From assembly GCA_035693385.1 (NCBI GenBank), contig DASSGQ010000258.1:1-37855 (forward strand): a stretch of 37,855 nt of DNA. The letters run 5' to 3'. Below the pieces are notes generated by a model. The model ran no database searches, had not been told where the DNA came from, and was given only the letters and a program-made list of their open reading frames with translations. Source of the DNA: Mycobacterium sp. (GTDB lineage Bacteria; Actinomycetota; Actinomycetes; Mycobacteriales; Mycobacteriaceae). The translations under genes were made by a program, and so were the position numbers. Of this stretch, positions 27,791-37,855 are shown one piece after another (position 1 is the stretch's first letter; each line of letters starts with the position of its first letter).

Positions 27791-28717
27791 ATGGCTATCG
27801 ACTCGGGACGCACTGACGGTGACAGCTGGGGCCCGGCATCCAGCGTGGGAGCGACGGCCACCATGGTCGCGGCCTCCCGCGCCGTGGCGTCGCAGGGGCC
27901 CAACGCGCTGCTCGACGATCCGCTGGCCGATCCGCTGGTCCGCGCGGTGGGGTTGGATCCCTTCGTCCGCATCATCGACGGAGAGATCGATTTCGAGGAT
28001 GACCCGCTGTTCAACCGCAAAGCACGGACTGAGCAGATCACGGTGCGGACCAGGTTCTTCGATGACTTCTTCATCGGCGCTACCCAAGACGGCGTGCGGC
28101 AGGCGGTGATTCTGGCGTCCGGCCTGGACACCCGGGCGTACCGCCTGCGCTGGCCGGAGGGCACGGTGGTCTACGAGATCGACCAGCCACAGGTCATCGC
28201 CTTCAAGACCAACACGCTGGCCGGTATCGGCGCCAATCCGACCGCCGACCGCCGTGCGATCGCCATCGACCTACGAGACGACTGGCCTGCGGCGTTGCGG
28301 CAGGGCGGTTTTGATGTCACGCAACCGACCGCGTGGAGTGCCGAAGGCCTGTTGCCCTACCTGCCGCCCGAAGCTCAGGACCGATTGTTCGACAACATCA
28401 CCGCGCTCAGCGCGCCGGGCAGCCGGCTGGCCACCGAACACGTGCCAGACCCGAACGCGTTCACCGATGAGCGGTTGCAGCGCATCAGCGAGCGCTGGCA
28501 GCGCTTCGGTTTCAACCTCAACGCCGCGGACCTCTTCTACCCCGGCGAGCGCAATGTCGTCGTCGACTACCTGGGCACCCACGGCTGGGCGGTGACGGCC
28601 CATCCTGCCAGGGAACTGTATGCCCAGAACGGCTTTGAATTTCCCGAGGACGAGATGGCGGCCACCTTCGGCGAACTCAGCTATGTCGCCGCGATCCTGA
28701 AGCAGGGGGTTGGCTAG
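27791..28717 (+). CDS. SAM-dependent methyltransferase (TIGR00027 family), copy 5
   Basis: Same family motifs. ATG at 27791 follows AGGAG. Confidence 0.9.
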   Translation: MAIDSGRTDGDSWGPASSVGATATMVAASRAVASQGPNALLDDPLADPLVRAVGLDPFVRIIDGEIDFEDDPLFNRKARTEQITVRTRFFDDFFIGATQDGVRQAVILASGLDTRAYRLRWPEGTVVYEIDQPQVIAFKTNTLAGIGANPTADRRAIAIDLRDDWPAALRQGGFDVTQPTAWSAEGLLPYLPPEAQDRLFDNITALSAPGSRLATEHVPDPNAFTDERLQRISERWQRFGFNLNAADLFYPGERNVVVDYLGTHGWAVTAHPARELYAQNGFEFPEDEMAATFGELSYVAAILKQGVG

Positions 28718-28726
28718 GGTCGTCCC

Positions 28727-29638
28727 ATGGCACGCGCTCACGACGATAACTGGGATCTGGCGTCCAGCGTGGGCGCGACCGCGACGATGGTCGCGGCCGG
28801 GCGCGCCATGGCGACCAAAGATCCCCGCGGTTTGATCGACGACCCGTTCGCCGAACCACTGGTGCGCGCGGTCGGGATCGATTTCTTCACCAGGATGATC
28901 GACGGTGAGCTGGACCTCGATGCGATCGAGAACCTGACACCGGTGCGCATGCAGGCAATCGTCGACGGGATGGCGGTGCGCACGAAGTACTTCGACGATT
29001 ACTTCGCCGACGCCACCGGCAGCGGGGTGCAGCAGGTGGTGATCCTGGCATCCGGCTTGGACTCGCGCGCGTACCGGTTGGCGTGGCCACCCGGCACGGT
29101 CGTCTACGAGATCGACCAACCACAGGTCATCGAGTTCAAGACCACCACGTTGGACGGCATCGGTGCCCAACCCACCGCCGTCCGGCGCACCGTGGCCATC
29201 GATCTGCGTGCGGACTGGCCGGCCGCACTGCGAGCGGCGGGATTGGACACGACGGCGCCGACGGCATGGCTGGCCGAAGGTCTGCTGATCTACTTGCCGC
29301 CGGAGGCCCAAGACCGGTTGTTCGACAACATCACCGCGCTCAGCGTGCCAGGCAGCACGATCGCCACCGAATTCGGGCCCGGCATCATCGATTTCGACGC
29401 CGACCGGGTGCGGCAGATGTCCGGCGCCTTCCGTGACCAGGGCATCGACATCGACATGGCGTCGCTGGTCTATGCCGGCGAGCGCAACCACGTGGTGGAC
29501 TATCTGGGCGCCAAAGGATGGGATGCGCAGGGAGTGACGCGAACGGAACTCTTCAAACGGCACCACATCGACGTGCCCGCCCCCGAACAGGACGACCCGC
29601 TCGGCGAGATCATCTTCATCAGCGGCCGACTCGCCTAG
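28727..29638 (+). CDS. SAM-dependent methyltransferase (Rv0725c-like), copy 6
   Basis: Same family motifs; the ORF is intact. Confidence 0.92.
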   Translation: MARAHDDNWDLASSVGATATMVAAGRAMATKDPRGLIDDPFAEPLVRAVGIDFFTRMIDGELDLDAIENLTPVRMQAIVDGMAVRTKYFDDYFADATGSGVQQVVILASGLDSRAYRLAWPPGTVVYEIDQPQVIEFKTTTLDGIGAQPTAVRRTVAIDLRADWPAALRAAGLDTTAPTAWLAEGLLIYLPPEAQDRLFDNITALSVPGSTIATEFGPGIIDFDADRVRQMSGAFRDQGIDIDMASLVYAGERNHVVDYLGAKGWDAQGVTRTELFKRHHIDVPAPEQDDPLGEIIFISGRLA

Positions 29639-29645
29639 CGGTCGG

Positions 29646-31433
29646 TTAGAGGCGCGAGTTCCCCAGCCAGAGCACGCTGGCGCCGCTCAGCGTCTGCTCG
29701 ACGTTGTCCAGGATCCCGGCGACGGAGCGGGCCAGTAGCGCCCCCAACGCATCCGGCAGCGACGCCGCAGCCGGCCGCGACGAGGTTCGGGGCCGCACGA
29801 AGTCCAGCAGCGAAGACCCCGGATAGTTGATGATGCGAACTTCGGTGTCCGCGTCCAGGCCGGCCAGGACTTTGGCCCGCCGGACCGCGGTTCGAAACCC
29901 GCCGAGTTCGTCGACGAGGCCTCGCGCCAGCGCATCCGCGCCGGTCCAAACTCGCCCCCGGGCAACGACTTCCACGGCCTCAGTGGTCAGCTTGCGACCT
30001 TCGGCGGCCCGTGTCACAAAGTCGGTGTAGAACAAGTCGGCCTCGGCCTCGCGATGGGCCCGCTGCTGCGGCGTGAAGGGCGCATCGACCGACCAGGCGT
30101 CGGCATTGGCGTTGGTGCGCACGGTATCCGACCCGACGCCCAGCCGGTCCTTCAGGTCGCGGACCACCAGCTTTCCGGTGATCACCCCGATGGAGCCGGT
30201 GATCGTTCCCGGATCGGCCACGATCGCGTCGGCGCCCATCGACACGTAGTAGCCGCCGGACGCGGCAACCGAACCCATCGACGCCACCACCGGCTTGCCG
30301 CGTTCGCGAGCCCTTTTCACCTCGCGCCAGATGGTCTCCGACGCGGTGACCGAGCCCCCGGGGCTGTCCACCCGCAGCACGATCGCGGACACCGAATCGT
30401 CGGCCGCGGCCTCCCGCAGCGCCGCCGCGATGGTGTCGCCGCCGACGTTGGAGGTGCCCAGCGGCAGGAATTGAGGCCCACCACGCCCGTTGACGATCGC
30501 GCCATCGATGGTGACCACAGCCAACGTCGGCTTGGTCCGGCGACCGGGGACCGGGGGCATCGGCGGGGCCAGTCGTGCTCGGGCCGCACCGGCGTAGCGT
30601 GCCAGATAGAGCCGCGGTGGCGACTCTTCGTCCGAAACATCTTCCACACCAACTAGTTCCGCGATGCGCGCATAAGCTTCGTCGCGGAATCCGATCCGGT
30701 CGACCAGGCCGGAGGCAACCGCGTCGTCGCGCAGCAGCGGGGCCCGGTCGGCCAATTCATCGAGCGCTGCCGGATCGATCTTGCGTGATTGCGCGACAGC
30801 CTGCCACACCTGTTCTTGCAGGCTTTCCAGCATGCGGGTGACGGCCTCGCGGTGCGCATCGGTAAAGCCGTCCTCGGTGAAAAGGTTTGCCGCCGACTTG
30901 TATTCGCCCCGCGCGACAAACTGGGCTTCGATCCCCGCCTTGGCGAGCGCGTCGCGCAGGAACGTGGCGTTGCTCGCAAAGCCGATCAGCCCCACACTTC
31001 CCGAGGGCTGCATCCAGACCTCGCCGAACGCCGAAGCGAGGTAATAGGACAGCGTGCCCGGATAGGTCTCGGCCCAGGCCAGTGACGGTTTGACGGCGCT
31101 GAAGGCCGCGATGGCCTCCCGCAGCTCCTGCACCACCGCGGGCGGCGACGCCGCGAGCTGCACACGGGCAATCAGCCCGGCGACCCGGGGGTCCTCGGCG
31201 GCACGGTGGATCGCGGCGACGACGTCGCGCAGCGCCATCGGCCGGCTGCCCCCGGTGATGATCGCCAGCGGGTCCAAGCCCGTCGTCTCCGGTGGCGCTG
31301 AGCGCAGGCTGAATTCGAGCACGCAGCCGTTGGGCACGCCGTGGTGGCGGGCGGTATCGACCCGGCCAACCAGGGCACGGACGTCGTCAACCCTGTCTAG
31401 CAGGCCGGGGATGGAGGGCAGGAAGGCAAACAT
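29646..31433 (-). CDS. sppA: Signal peptide peptidase / protease IV
   Basis: Tandem S49 domains: GEYKSA, VDSPGGS, AASGGYY, TGSIGV and GRVWTG. Confidence 0.95.
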   Translation of the reverse strand: MFAFLPSIPGLLDRVDDVRALVGRVDTARHHGVPNGCVLEFSLRSAPPETTGLDPLAIITGGSRPMALRDVVAAIHRAAEDPRVAGLIARVQLAASPPAVVQELREAIAAFSAVKPSLAWAETYPGTLSYYLASAFGEVWMQPSGSVGLIGFASNATFLRDALAKAGIEAQFVARGEYKSAANLFTEDGFTDAHREAVTRMLESLQEQVWQAVAQSRKIDPAALDELADRAPLLRDDAVASGLVDRIGFRDEAYARIAELVGVEDVSDEESPPRLYLARYAGAARARLAPPMPPVPGRRTKPTLAVVTIDGAIVNGRGGPQFLPLGTSNVGGDTIAAALREAAADDSVSAIVLRVDSPGGSVTASETIWREVKRARERGKPVVASMGSVAASGGYYVSMGADAIVADPGTITGSIGVITGKLVVRDLKDRLGVGSDTVRTNANADAWSVDAPFTPQQRAHREAEADLFYTDFVTRAAEGRKLTTEAVEVVARGRVWTGADALARGLVDELGGFRTAVRRAKVLAGLDADTEVRIINYPGSSLLDFVRPRTSSRPAAASLPDALGALLARSVAGILDNVEQTLSGASVLWLGNSRL

Positions 31434-31467
31434 ATTCGCCCAGCGTACCTACCGTACGGTGGACGGG

Positions 31468-32394
31468 GTGAGGTTCTCGATCGCTATCCCCCAACTCGAC
31501 GCAGATACCTTCGACGGCCCCGGCCTTCGCTCCTACCTTGTCCGCGCCGAGGAGCTCGGGTTCGAGGGCGGCTGGGTGCTCGAGCAGATCATCGGGGCCG
31601 CACCGTTATTGGCTCCGCTGGAACTGCTGGCGTACTGCGCGGCCTGCACCGAGCGACTGCGCCTGGGGGTCGCGGTGCTGGTGACCTCGCTGCACGAGCC
31701 ACTTCAGGTGGCGGCGTCTGTGACGGCCGTCGACCGGCTCAGCCACGGACGGCTGGACGTCGGTGTCGCCCCAGGTGGGGGTGCTCGCAACTTCGCCGCG
31801 TTCGGCGTCGACAAGGACACCTTCATCTCGTATTTCACCGAGGGCCTGGAACTGATGAAGGCGGCCTGGTCCGATGAACCCAGGGTCACGTTCCACGGCC
31901 GCTTCCGCGACGTCGACGATCTGCCCGTCCAGCCGAAGCCGGTGCAGCGGCCACATCCGCCGATCTGGTTCGGCGGCCTCGCTCCCAAGGCACTGGCCAG
32001 AGCGGTCCGCCTCGGTGATTCGTTCTTGGGCGCCGGCTCGTCGACCACCGAGGCGTTTGCCGGAGCGGTCGCGGTGGTGCGACGTGAACTCGACGAACAG
32101 CAGAAAGACCCCACGCACTTCACCATCGGCAAGCGCGTCTATTTGATGGTCGACGACGACGCGCCACGGGCCCGCGAGCGCGTGCTCACCGGGCTGCACC
32201 GCATCTACGGCGAAATGCGCGGCATCGACGCGGTTCCCGTCTTCGGCACGCCCGACGACGTCGCCCGCGGGCTGCGTGAGGTGATCGACGCCGGCGCCGA
32301 GATGCTGCTACTCAATCCGGTCGGCGCCGATGTCCCGGAAAACCGCGAACAGATGGAACTCCTTGCGGCAGAGGTGATTCCGCAGCTGGTTTAG
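31468..32394 (+). CDS. LLM-class (luciferase-like) flavin/F420-dependent oxidoreductase
   Basis: AEELGF, RLRLGVAV, DRLSHGRLDVG and PKPVQRPHPPIWFGG motifs. GTG at 31468 lies 7 nt after TACGGT. Confidence 0.88.
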   Translation: MRFSIAIPQLDADTFDGPGLRSYLVRAEELGFEGGWVLEQIIGAAPLLAPLELLAYCAACTERLRLGVAVLVTSLHEPLQVAASVTAVDRLSHGRLDVGVAPGGGARNFAAFGVDKDTFISYFTEGLELMKAAWSDEPRVTFHGRFRDVDDLPVQPKPVQRPHPPIWFGGLAPKALARAVRLGDSFLGAGSSTTEAFAGAVAVVRRELDEQQKDPTHFTIGKRVYLMVDDDAPRARERVLTGLHRIYGEMRGIDAVPVFGTPDDVARGLREVIDAGAEMLLLNPVGADVPENREQMELLAAEVIPQLV

Positions 32395-32412
32395 CTGTAC
32401 ACCTTGATCGGC

Positions 32413-32470
32413 CGAGCAGACGCAGAATCGCACGAATCCGCGACGCGGCGTGCGATTCTGCGTCTGCTCG
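32413..32470. terminator. Perfect 22-bp inverted repeat (mycobacterial REP-like palindrome) between the convergent LLM gene and rplO
   Basis: CGAGCAGACGCAGAATCGCACG, a 14-nt loop, then CGTGCGATTCTGCGTCTGCTCG. Confidence 0.8.
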
Positions 32471-32487
32471 CGAGGGGCAGGTGCCCT

Positions 32488-32928
32488 TTACAGCTCGGTG
32501 GCCGAACCGCCCGCGGCGGTGATCTTCTCGCGGGCGCTGCCGCTGAACTTGTGCGCAGACACGTCGACCTTGACGGTCAACTCGCCGTCCCCGAGAACCT
32601 TGACCAAGGAGTTCTTGCGAACCGCACCCTTGGCCACCAGGTCGCCCACGCCGATCACGCCGCCCTGAGGGAAGAGCCGCTCGATGTCGCCGACGTTGAC
32701 GATCTCGTATTCGGTGCGGAACCGATTCCGGAATCCCTTGAGCTTGGGCAGCCGCATATGAATCGGCATCTGCCCGCCCTCGAAGGTCACCGGCACGCCT
32801 TTACGGGCCTTGGTGCCCTTGGTGCCACGGCCGGCGGTCTTGCCCTTAGAGCCCTCACCGCGACCGACGCGGGTGCGTGCGGTCTTCGACCCGGGGGCGG
32901 GCTTCAGGTCGTGCAACTTGATCGTCAT
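32488..32928 (-). CDS. rplO: 50S ribosomal protein L15
   Basis: [19 protein letters not shown] and FEGGQMP. Confidence 0.98.
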   Translation of the reverse strand: MTIKLHDLKPAPGSKTARTRVGRGEGSKGKTAGRGTKGTKARKGVPVTFEGGQMPIHMRLPKLKGFRNRFRTEYEIVNVGDIERLFPQGGVIGVGDLVAKGAVRKNSLVKVLGDGELTVKVDVSAHKFSGSAREKITAAGGSATEL

Positions 32929-33131
32929 TTGGTGTTACCTCCGGCGGCCGCCTCGGCTGGCTCCACCACAACAAGGTGGTTGACCACCGCGATCAGGCCG
33001 CGCGTCTGTGGGTTGTCCTCTCGGATCACCGAATGGCGGATCCGACGCAAACCCAGGGTGCGCAGGCTCTCGCGCTGCTTCCAGCGGGCACCGATCGTCC
33101 CGCGTACCTGGGTGATCTTCAGCTGACTCAT
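32925..33131 (-). CDS. rpmD: 50S ribosomal protein L30
   Basis: LKITQVR..IG...TLGLRRI; position in the spc operon. Confidence 0.96.
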   Translation of the reverse strand: MSQLKITQVRGTIGARWKQRESLRTLGLRRIRHSVIREDNPQTRGLIAVVNHLVVVEPAEAAAGGNTK

Positions 33132-33808
33132 GGCTGCGGGGTTCCCTCCCGAGTGGCGCTCGCACTGGCCAGCGCTTCACTTTCCCGGCGCGCCTTGAGC
33201 ATTCCGGCCGGGGCGACGTCCTCGATCGGCAGCCCTCGGCGGGCGGCCACCTCCTCGGGACGCTGAAGGAGCTTGAGCGCGGCGACGGTGGCGTGGACCA
33301 CGTTGATCGCGTTGTCGCTGCCGAGTGATTTGGCCAGGATGTCGTGCACGCCGGCGCATTCCAGCACCGCGCGAGCCGCACCTCCGGCGATCACGCCGGT
33401 ACCCGGACTGGCCGGGCGCAGCAGCACCACGCCGGCGGCCGCCTCACCCTGGACCGGGTGCGTGATGGTGCCGCCGATCAACGGGACGCGGAAGAAGCCT
33501 TTGCGGGCCTCTTCGACACCCTTGGCGATGGCGGCGGGCACCTCCTTGGCCTTGCCGTAGCCGACACCGACCATGCCGTTGCCGTCACCCACGATGACCA
33601 AAGCGGTGAAGCTGAAGCGCCGACCACCCTTGACCACCTTGGAGACGCGGTTGATCGCGACGACCCGTTCCAGGTAGTTGCTCTTTTCGCCGTCGCGGTC
33701 GCGGCCACGGCCACCGCCGCCGCCGTCACGCCGGCCCCGGCTGTCGCGGTCACCGCGGCCGTCACCGCGGGTGTCTTGGCCCTGCCCGCCGGCCGACTGT
33801 TCCGCCAT
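33128..33808 (-). CDS. rpsE: 30S ribosomal protein S5
   Basis: [16 protein letters not shown] and GTGVIAGG. Confidence 0.98.
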   Translation of the reverse strand: MAEQSAGGQGQDTRGDGRGDRDSRGRRDGGGGGRGRDRDGEKSNYLERVVAINRVSKVVKGGRRFSFTALVIVGDGNGMVGVGYGKAKEVPAAIAKGVEEARKGFFRVPLIGGTITHPVQGEAAAGVVLLRPASPGTGVIAGGAARAVLECAGVHDILAKSLGSDNAINVVHATVAALKLLQRPEEVAARRGLPIEDVAPAGMLKARRESEALASASATREGTPQP

Positions 33809-33830
33809 TACGCGGTCCTTCCAGTTGTCA

Positions 33831-34238
33831 TCAGAAATTCAATCCGTTCTCGCGCGCGGCATCGGCCAGCGCCGCGATCCGTCCGCCGTAGGTGTATCCG
33901 CCACGGTCGAACACCGCGCTGTCAACACCGGCGGCCTTGGCACGCTCGGCGATCAGTTGACCCACCCGCACACTGCGGGCTTTCTTGTCGCCCTGCAGGC
34001 CGCGCACATCGGTCTCGATCGACGACGCCGCGGCGACCGTGGTGCCGTTCTCGTCGTTGACCAGTTGCACGTGAATGTGCCGGGCGGACCTGTGCACCAC
34101 CAGCCGGGGGCGCTGCGAGGTGCCCGCGATCTTCTTGCGCAGTCGTGAGTGCCTGCGCAGCCGTGACACCCGCCGAGTTGCGGATGCGCTCTGCCCCACC
34201 GGCTTTCGCGCGGTGGTGTCAGCCTTTGATTGCGCCAT
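33831..34238 (-). CDS. rplR: 50S ribosomal protein L18
   Basis: RPRLVVHRS and [13 protein letters not shown]. Confidence 0.98.
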   Translation of the reverse strand: MAQSKADTTARKPVGQSASATRRVSRLRRHSRLRKKIAGTSQRPRLVVHRSARHIHVQLVNDENGTTVAAASSIETDVRGLQGDKKARSVRVGQLIAERAKAAGVDSAVFDRGGYTYGGRIAALADAARENGLNF

Positions 34239-34240
34239 GT

Positions 34241-34780
34241 CTACTTACCTGTCTTTCCGACCTTGCGGCGGATCTGCTCACCCTCGTAGCGCACGCCCTT
34301 GCCCTTGTACGGGTCGGGACGGCGCAGACGGCGAATATTCGCCGAGATCTGGCCGACCTGCTGCTTGTCGATCCCAGAGATCGTGAACTTCGTCGGTGAC
34401 TGGACCGCGAACGTGATGCCGTCGGGCGCCTCGATCACCACGGGGTGGCTGTAACCCAGCGCGAACTCCAGGTTGGAACCCTTGAGCTGCACGCGGTAAC
34501 CGACCCCGAAGATCTCCATCTTGGTGGTGTAACCCTGCGTCACACCGGTGACCAGATTGGACACCAGGGTGCGCGACAGCCCGTGCAGCGAGCGGTTGTG
34601 CCGCTCGTCGTCGGGACGGGTGACCACGATCGCACCGTCGTCGCTGCGCGCCACCCTGATCGGCTCGGCGACCGTCAGTTCCAGGGTGCCCTTGGGCCCC
34701 TTCACCGAGACGTTCTGGCCCTCGATCGTTACGTCGACTCCGGCGGGAACCGGAACCGGCTGCTTACCAATGCGCGACAT
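34241..34780 (-). CDS. rplF: 50S ribosomal protein L6
   Basis: MSRIGKQP and [11 protein letters not shown]. Confidence 0.98.
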   Translation of the reverse strand: MSRIGKQPVPVPAGVDVTIEGQNVSVKGPKGTLELTVAEPIRVARSDDGAIVVTRPDDERHNRSLHGLSRTLVSNLVTGVTQGYTTKMEIFGVGYRVQLKGSNLEFALGYSHPVVIEAPDGITFAVQSPTKFTISGIDKQQVGQISANIRRLRRPDPYKGKGVRYEGEQIRRKVGKTGK

Positions 34781-34792
34781 CGTTTCCCCCTC

Positions 34793-35191
34793 TCACCACA
34801 CGTATGCGAGTACTTCGCCGCCGACGCCCTGGCGGGCTGCCTGACGGTCGGTGAGCAGGCCCGAGGACGTCGAGATGATCGCCACGCCCAGGCCGCCGAG
34901 CACCCGCGGCAGATTGGTGGATTTCGCGTACACCCGCAACCCCGGCTTGGACACCCGGCGCAGTCCGGCGATGCTGCGCTCCCGGCTCGGCCCGTACTTG
35001 AGCTGGACGATCAGCGCCTTGCCGACCCGAGCGTCTTCGGTCCGGTAGTCGGTGATGTAGCCCTCGGCCTTGAGGATCTGGGCGATGTTGGCCTTGATCT
35101 TCGAGTGGGGCAGCGTCACCTCGTCGTGATACGCCGAGTTGGCGTTGCGCAGACGTGTCAAGAAGTCTGCGATCGGGTCCGTCATAGTCAT
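34793..35191 (-). CDS. rpsH: 30S ribosomal protein S8
   Basis: [20 protein letters not shown] and GGEVLAYVW. Confidence 0.98.
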   Translation of the reverse strand: MTMTDPIADFLTRLRNANSAYHDEVTLPHSKIKANIAQILKAEGYITDYRTEDARVGKALIVQLKYGPSRERSIAGLRRVSKPGLRVYAKSTNLPRVLGGLGVAIISTSSGLLTDRQAARQGVGGEVLAYVW

Positions 35192-35277
35192 CGAGCGCTA
35201 CTCCTCTTCATCGCGGCGGCCCCCTCGCCGCTGCGCGTCCGGGGGCGCCCCCACTGCATCGTCGATAACGCGGTCAT
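35188..35277 (-). repeat. MIRU-like element encoding a 29-aa mini-ORF coupled to rpsH
   Basis: ATGACCGCGTTATCGACGATGCAGTGGGGGCGCCCCC...GCGATGAAGAGGAGTAGCGCTCGATGA, with ATGAC at both ends. Its stop overlaps the rpsH ATG. Confidence 0.75.
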
Positions 35278-35370
35278 GACAGCGTCTGTCACCTTCCTCG
35301 CGGTGGTTCCCTGCTGGGGCCTGTCGCGCGCCTGTTCTGGGTTGGGTCTATGTCCTGTTAGGAGAGGCTG

Positions 35371-35556
35371 TTACCAGCTGCTCTTCTGCACACCGGGCAG
35401 CTCACCCGCGTGCGCCATCTCGCGCAGGCAGATCCTGCACAGGCCGAACTTGCGGTAGACCGCACGCGGGCGTCCGCACTTGCTGCAACGCGTGTAGGCG
35501 CGCACCGCGAAGCGCGGTTTGCGATTCGCCTTGTTGATCAGTGCCTTCTTAGCCAT
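35371..35556 (-). CDS. rpsN: 30S ribosomal protein S14, zinc-binding type Z
   Basis: 61 aa with CSKC...CRIC. Confidence 0.97.
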   Translation of the reverse strand: MAKKALINKANRKPRFAVRAYTRCSKCGRPRAVYRKFGLCRICLREMAHAGELPGVQKSSW

Positions 35557-35559
35557 TGC

Positions 35560-36156
35560 TCACGATCCCCTTTGAGGTTCTTCCTTGAACGGAAATCCGA
35601 GGGCCCGCAACAGCGCTCGCCCTTCGTCGTCGGTCGTCGCCGAAGTGACGACGTTGATGTCCATGCCGCGGACCCGGTCGATCTTGTCCACGTCGATCTC
35701 GTGGAACACCGACTGCTCGGCCAGTCCGAAGGTGTAGTTGCCGACGCCGTCGAACTGCTTGGGCGAAAGACCGCGGAAGTCACGAATACGCGGCAGCGCG
35801 ATCGACGTGAGCCGATCGAGGAACTCCCACATCCGGTCTCCGCGCAAGGTCACCCGGACGCCGATCGGCATGCCCTCGCGCAGTTTGAACTGCGCGATGG
35901 ACTTGCGCGCCTTACGGATTTCCGGCCGCTGCCCGGTGATCAGCGCCAGGTCGTTGACCGCGCCGTTGATCAGCTTGGCGTCGCGAGCCGCCTCGCCGAC
36001 TCCCATGTTGACGACAACCTTGGTCACGCCCGGGATCTGCATGACGTTGCCGTAGCCGAACTGCTTGTGCAAGGCATCGCGAATCTCGTTGCGGTAGCGC
36101 TCTTTCAGGCGCGGCTGCACCTTCACGGGCCTTTCAGAGCTTTCTGTAGTGGTCAT
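35560..36156 (-). CDS. rplE: 50S ribosomal protein L5
   Basis: [15 protein letters not shown] and [12 protein letters not shown] at 36156. Confidence 0.97.
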   Translation of the reverse strand: MTTTESSERPVKVQPRLKERYRNEIRDALHKQFGYGNVMQIPGVTKVVVNMGVGEAARDAKLINGAVNDLALITGQRPEIRKARKSIAQFKLREGMPIGVRVTLRGDRMWEFLDRLTSIALPRIRDFRGLSPKQFDGVGNYTFGLAEQSVFHEIDVDKIDRVRGMDINVVTSATTDDEGRALLRALGFPFKEEPQRGS

Positions 36157-36160
36157 ACCC

Positions 36161-36478
36161 TCAGATGTCCTTGCCGTTGCGCTTGGAGATACGGACGCGC
36201 TTGCCGGTCTCCTCGTCGACGCGGTAACCGACTCGGGTGGGCTTACCGTCCGAGTCGACAACCATCACGTTGGAGGCGTGGATCGGGGCTTCCTGGGTGA
36301 CGATCCCACCCGACTGCGCACCGCGCTGCGTGGTCGAAACCGGGGTGTGCTTCTTGATCGCGTTGACACCCTGGACCAGCACCCGGTTGCGCTCCGGGTA
36401 GACCTTGAGCACCTTGCCTTTGGCGCCCTTGTCCTTACCTGCGATCACCAGGACGGTGTCGTCCTTTTTGATCTTCAT
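36161..36478 (-). CDS. rplX: 50S ribosomal protein L24
   Basis: KOW motif [12 protein letters not shown] and EAPIH.SNV. Confidence 0.98.
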   Translation of the reverse strand: MKIKKDDTVLVIAGKDKGAKGKVLKVYPERNRVLVQGVNAIKKHTPVSTTQRGAQSGGIVTQEAPIHASNVMVVDSDGKPTRVGYRVDEETGKRVRISKRNGKDI

Positions 36479-36847
36479 CTACAACACCTCCGGAGCCAGC
36501 GAGATGATCTTCATGAATCGCTTCTCGCGCAGTTCGCGGCCGACGGGCCCGAAGATGCGCGTCCCGCGCGGGTCGTTGTCGGGCTTGATGATCACCGCGG
36601 CGTTCTCGTCGAACTTGATGTAGCTGCCGTCGGGGCGCCTGCGCTCCTTGACAGTCCGCACCACGACGGCCTTGACGACGTCACCACGTTTGACGTTGCC
36701 GCCGGGAATGGCCTCCTTGACGGTGGCGACGATGATGTCACCGATTCCGGCGTAGCGTCGCGACGAACCACCGAGAACCCGGATGCACAAGATCTCCTTG
36801 GCACCGGTGTTGTCGGCGACCTTCAGCCGCGATTCCTGCTGAATCAC
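36479..36847 (-). CDS. rplN: 50S ribosomal protein L14
   Basis: [16 protein letters not shown] and SLAPEVL. Confidence 0.98.
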   Translation of the reverse strand: MIQQESRLKVADNTGAKEILCIRVLGGSSRRYAGIGDIIVATVKEAIPGGNVKRGDVVKAVVVRTVKERRRPDGSYIKFDENAAVIIKPDNDPRGTRIFGPVGRELREKRFMKIISLAPEVL

Positions 36848-36978
36848 TCGAGCTCCTGACCTGGTTCACGTGTGCACGGCAGGACAAAACCAACGTAGTG
36901 AGTACCTGACGTGCGCGGTCTTTGTCGCCCAAGAGCACGCGGGGCCGATTCGCACCGGCCGAGGTCTGCCCAAGGCAA

Positions 36979-36995
36979 CCCCTAGAGTCTAGGGG
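36979..36995 (-). promoter_or_regulatory. Probable spc operon -10 (TAGACT, 36986-36991) inside the palindrome CCCCTAGA-G-TCTAGGGG
   Basis: TANNNT about 140 nt upstream of rplN, with perfect 8-bp arms. Confidence 0.5.
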
Positions 36996-37115
36996 ACGAC
37001 CAGCTCAGAGCCAAATTTGACACCAAAGCGGCATCAGAGATCAATGACCAGCCCGTCGTCAGCCCAGCCCCAGAACGTTTTCAGACGGTCACCCGTGCAC
37101 GCCCGCGCCGCCAGG

Positions 37116-37598
37116 TCACGGAACGCTATCCCACCCCTGGCCCGGATCGCCGTTGCACCAACGAGTGGAGACCCAAGTCCCAGGGCCAGGCCCGCCGAGG
37201 ACGGCGAGGCAGCCTCCAGTATCAGTCGTTACCTGGCCGTTGGGCTGGATACTCCAATGTTGGGCGTACGTATCGATACAGGGCCCGAGGTGCGAAAACC
37301 AAGCGTCCCCCGGGATTGTCAGGCAATTCCCGGGGAAGGCCACGCTCTCCAGCTGCCGGCCGTTGAGATTCCAGCGCTGAAAATCCGAACCATTGCAGGG
37401 GTTGATCACCACCGCGGCGTACCAGCCGCCACTCGGGGCGTCCAGACAAACATCACCTAATCGGCTTCTCAACTGGGCCGGGCCGTCGGCGGCCGCCGCA
37501 CCGGCGCTTATCACCGCGACACCGAGCACTGTGCTGGCCACGACAACGCCCCGGCAGACACCGCCCATTAACGGCGACACATGCATCGTCAGCTCCAT
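37116..37598 (-). CDS. Secreted ricin-B (beta-trefoil) lectin domain protein
   Basis: Signal peptide ending AAAA-D, three QxW repeats (QRW, QHW, QGW) and paired Cys (CLD, CLT, CLA). ATG at 37598 follows AGGAG. Confidence 0.85.
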   Translation of the reverse strand: MELTMHVSPLMGGVCRGVVVASTVLGVAVISAGAAAADGPAQLRSRLGDVCLDAPSGGWYAAVVINPCNGSDFQRWNLNGRQLESVAFPGNCLTIPGDAWFSHLGPCIDTYAQHWSIQPNGQVTTDTGGCLAVLGGPGPGTWVSTRWCNGDPGQGWDSVP

Positions 37599-37855
37599 CT
37601 CCTGGTCCTCGTCAACCACAGCCAGTACACGCGATGCAGCCATACCGATACCACCACGGCCACCGACGACTTGCCGCAAGAAATGTATTTCTTTACCCCA
37701 GTACCGTCCCGCGGCCACCGCTTCGGCGGCAGGGAACACGAAAGGGAACGCCTTAGTTGGAGTGTCGATACCAGGCGGCGATATACAGCACGAGAGCAGT
37801 GGCCAGCGCGATCAGCACCCAGATCACGACAGCTTGGTCGATCCACGAACCCGCG

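Noticed and set aside
33690-33790. Gly/Arg/Asp low-complexity repeat at the S5 N-terminus
   Set aside because: This is a normal feature of actinobacterial S5.
35560-35585. L5 C-terminus FKEEPQRGS, slightly longer than the usual ending
   Set aside because: A few extra terminal residues fall within ordinary variation, and there is no evidence of a functional frameshift.
1-37855. tRNA, rRNA, transposase, integrase or prophage genes
   Set aside because: None were recognisable in the sequence or the ORF track.

Overview
High-GC (roughly two-thirds G+C by eye) chromosomal window from a mycobacterium, most likely non-tuberculous. From recall it is syntenic with M. tuberculosis rplN-mmsA (about Rv0714-Rv0753c) but lacks the PE_PGRS/vapBC block. 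The core content is the spc ribosomal-protein operon (rplN to rplO), sppA, six Rv0726c/Rv0731c-family SAM methyltransferases in two triplets, a xylB/serA2/fucA sugar cluster, secY-adk-map-sigL-rslA, a MarR regulator and mmsA-fadE9-mmsB. The standout is a four-gene operon between rslA and the MarR gene: ThDP carboligase, SRPBCC cyclase, FabH-like KSIII and aromatic aminotransferase. This gene set and order match the carbazole-forming core of the Streptomyces neocarazostatin/carquinostatin pathways. The operon has no ACP or tailoring genes and sits behind its own leaderless SigL-type promoter, which nearly copies the sigL autopromoter. It is therefore a candidate SigL-controlled mycobacterial (lipo)carbazole pathway. 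A second accessory module pairs an ECF sigma factor with a membrane Rieske protein in the anti-sigma position, followed by a cupredoxin lipoprotein and a Tat metallophosphoesterase. Smaller signals are a SigK-consensus promoter before rslA, two MIRU-like elements, an internally deleted SDR remnant, an 11-bp tandem repeat at the secY promoter and several palindromes. All homology calls rest on motif recognition and recall; no searches were run.
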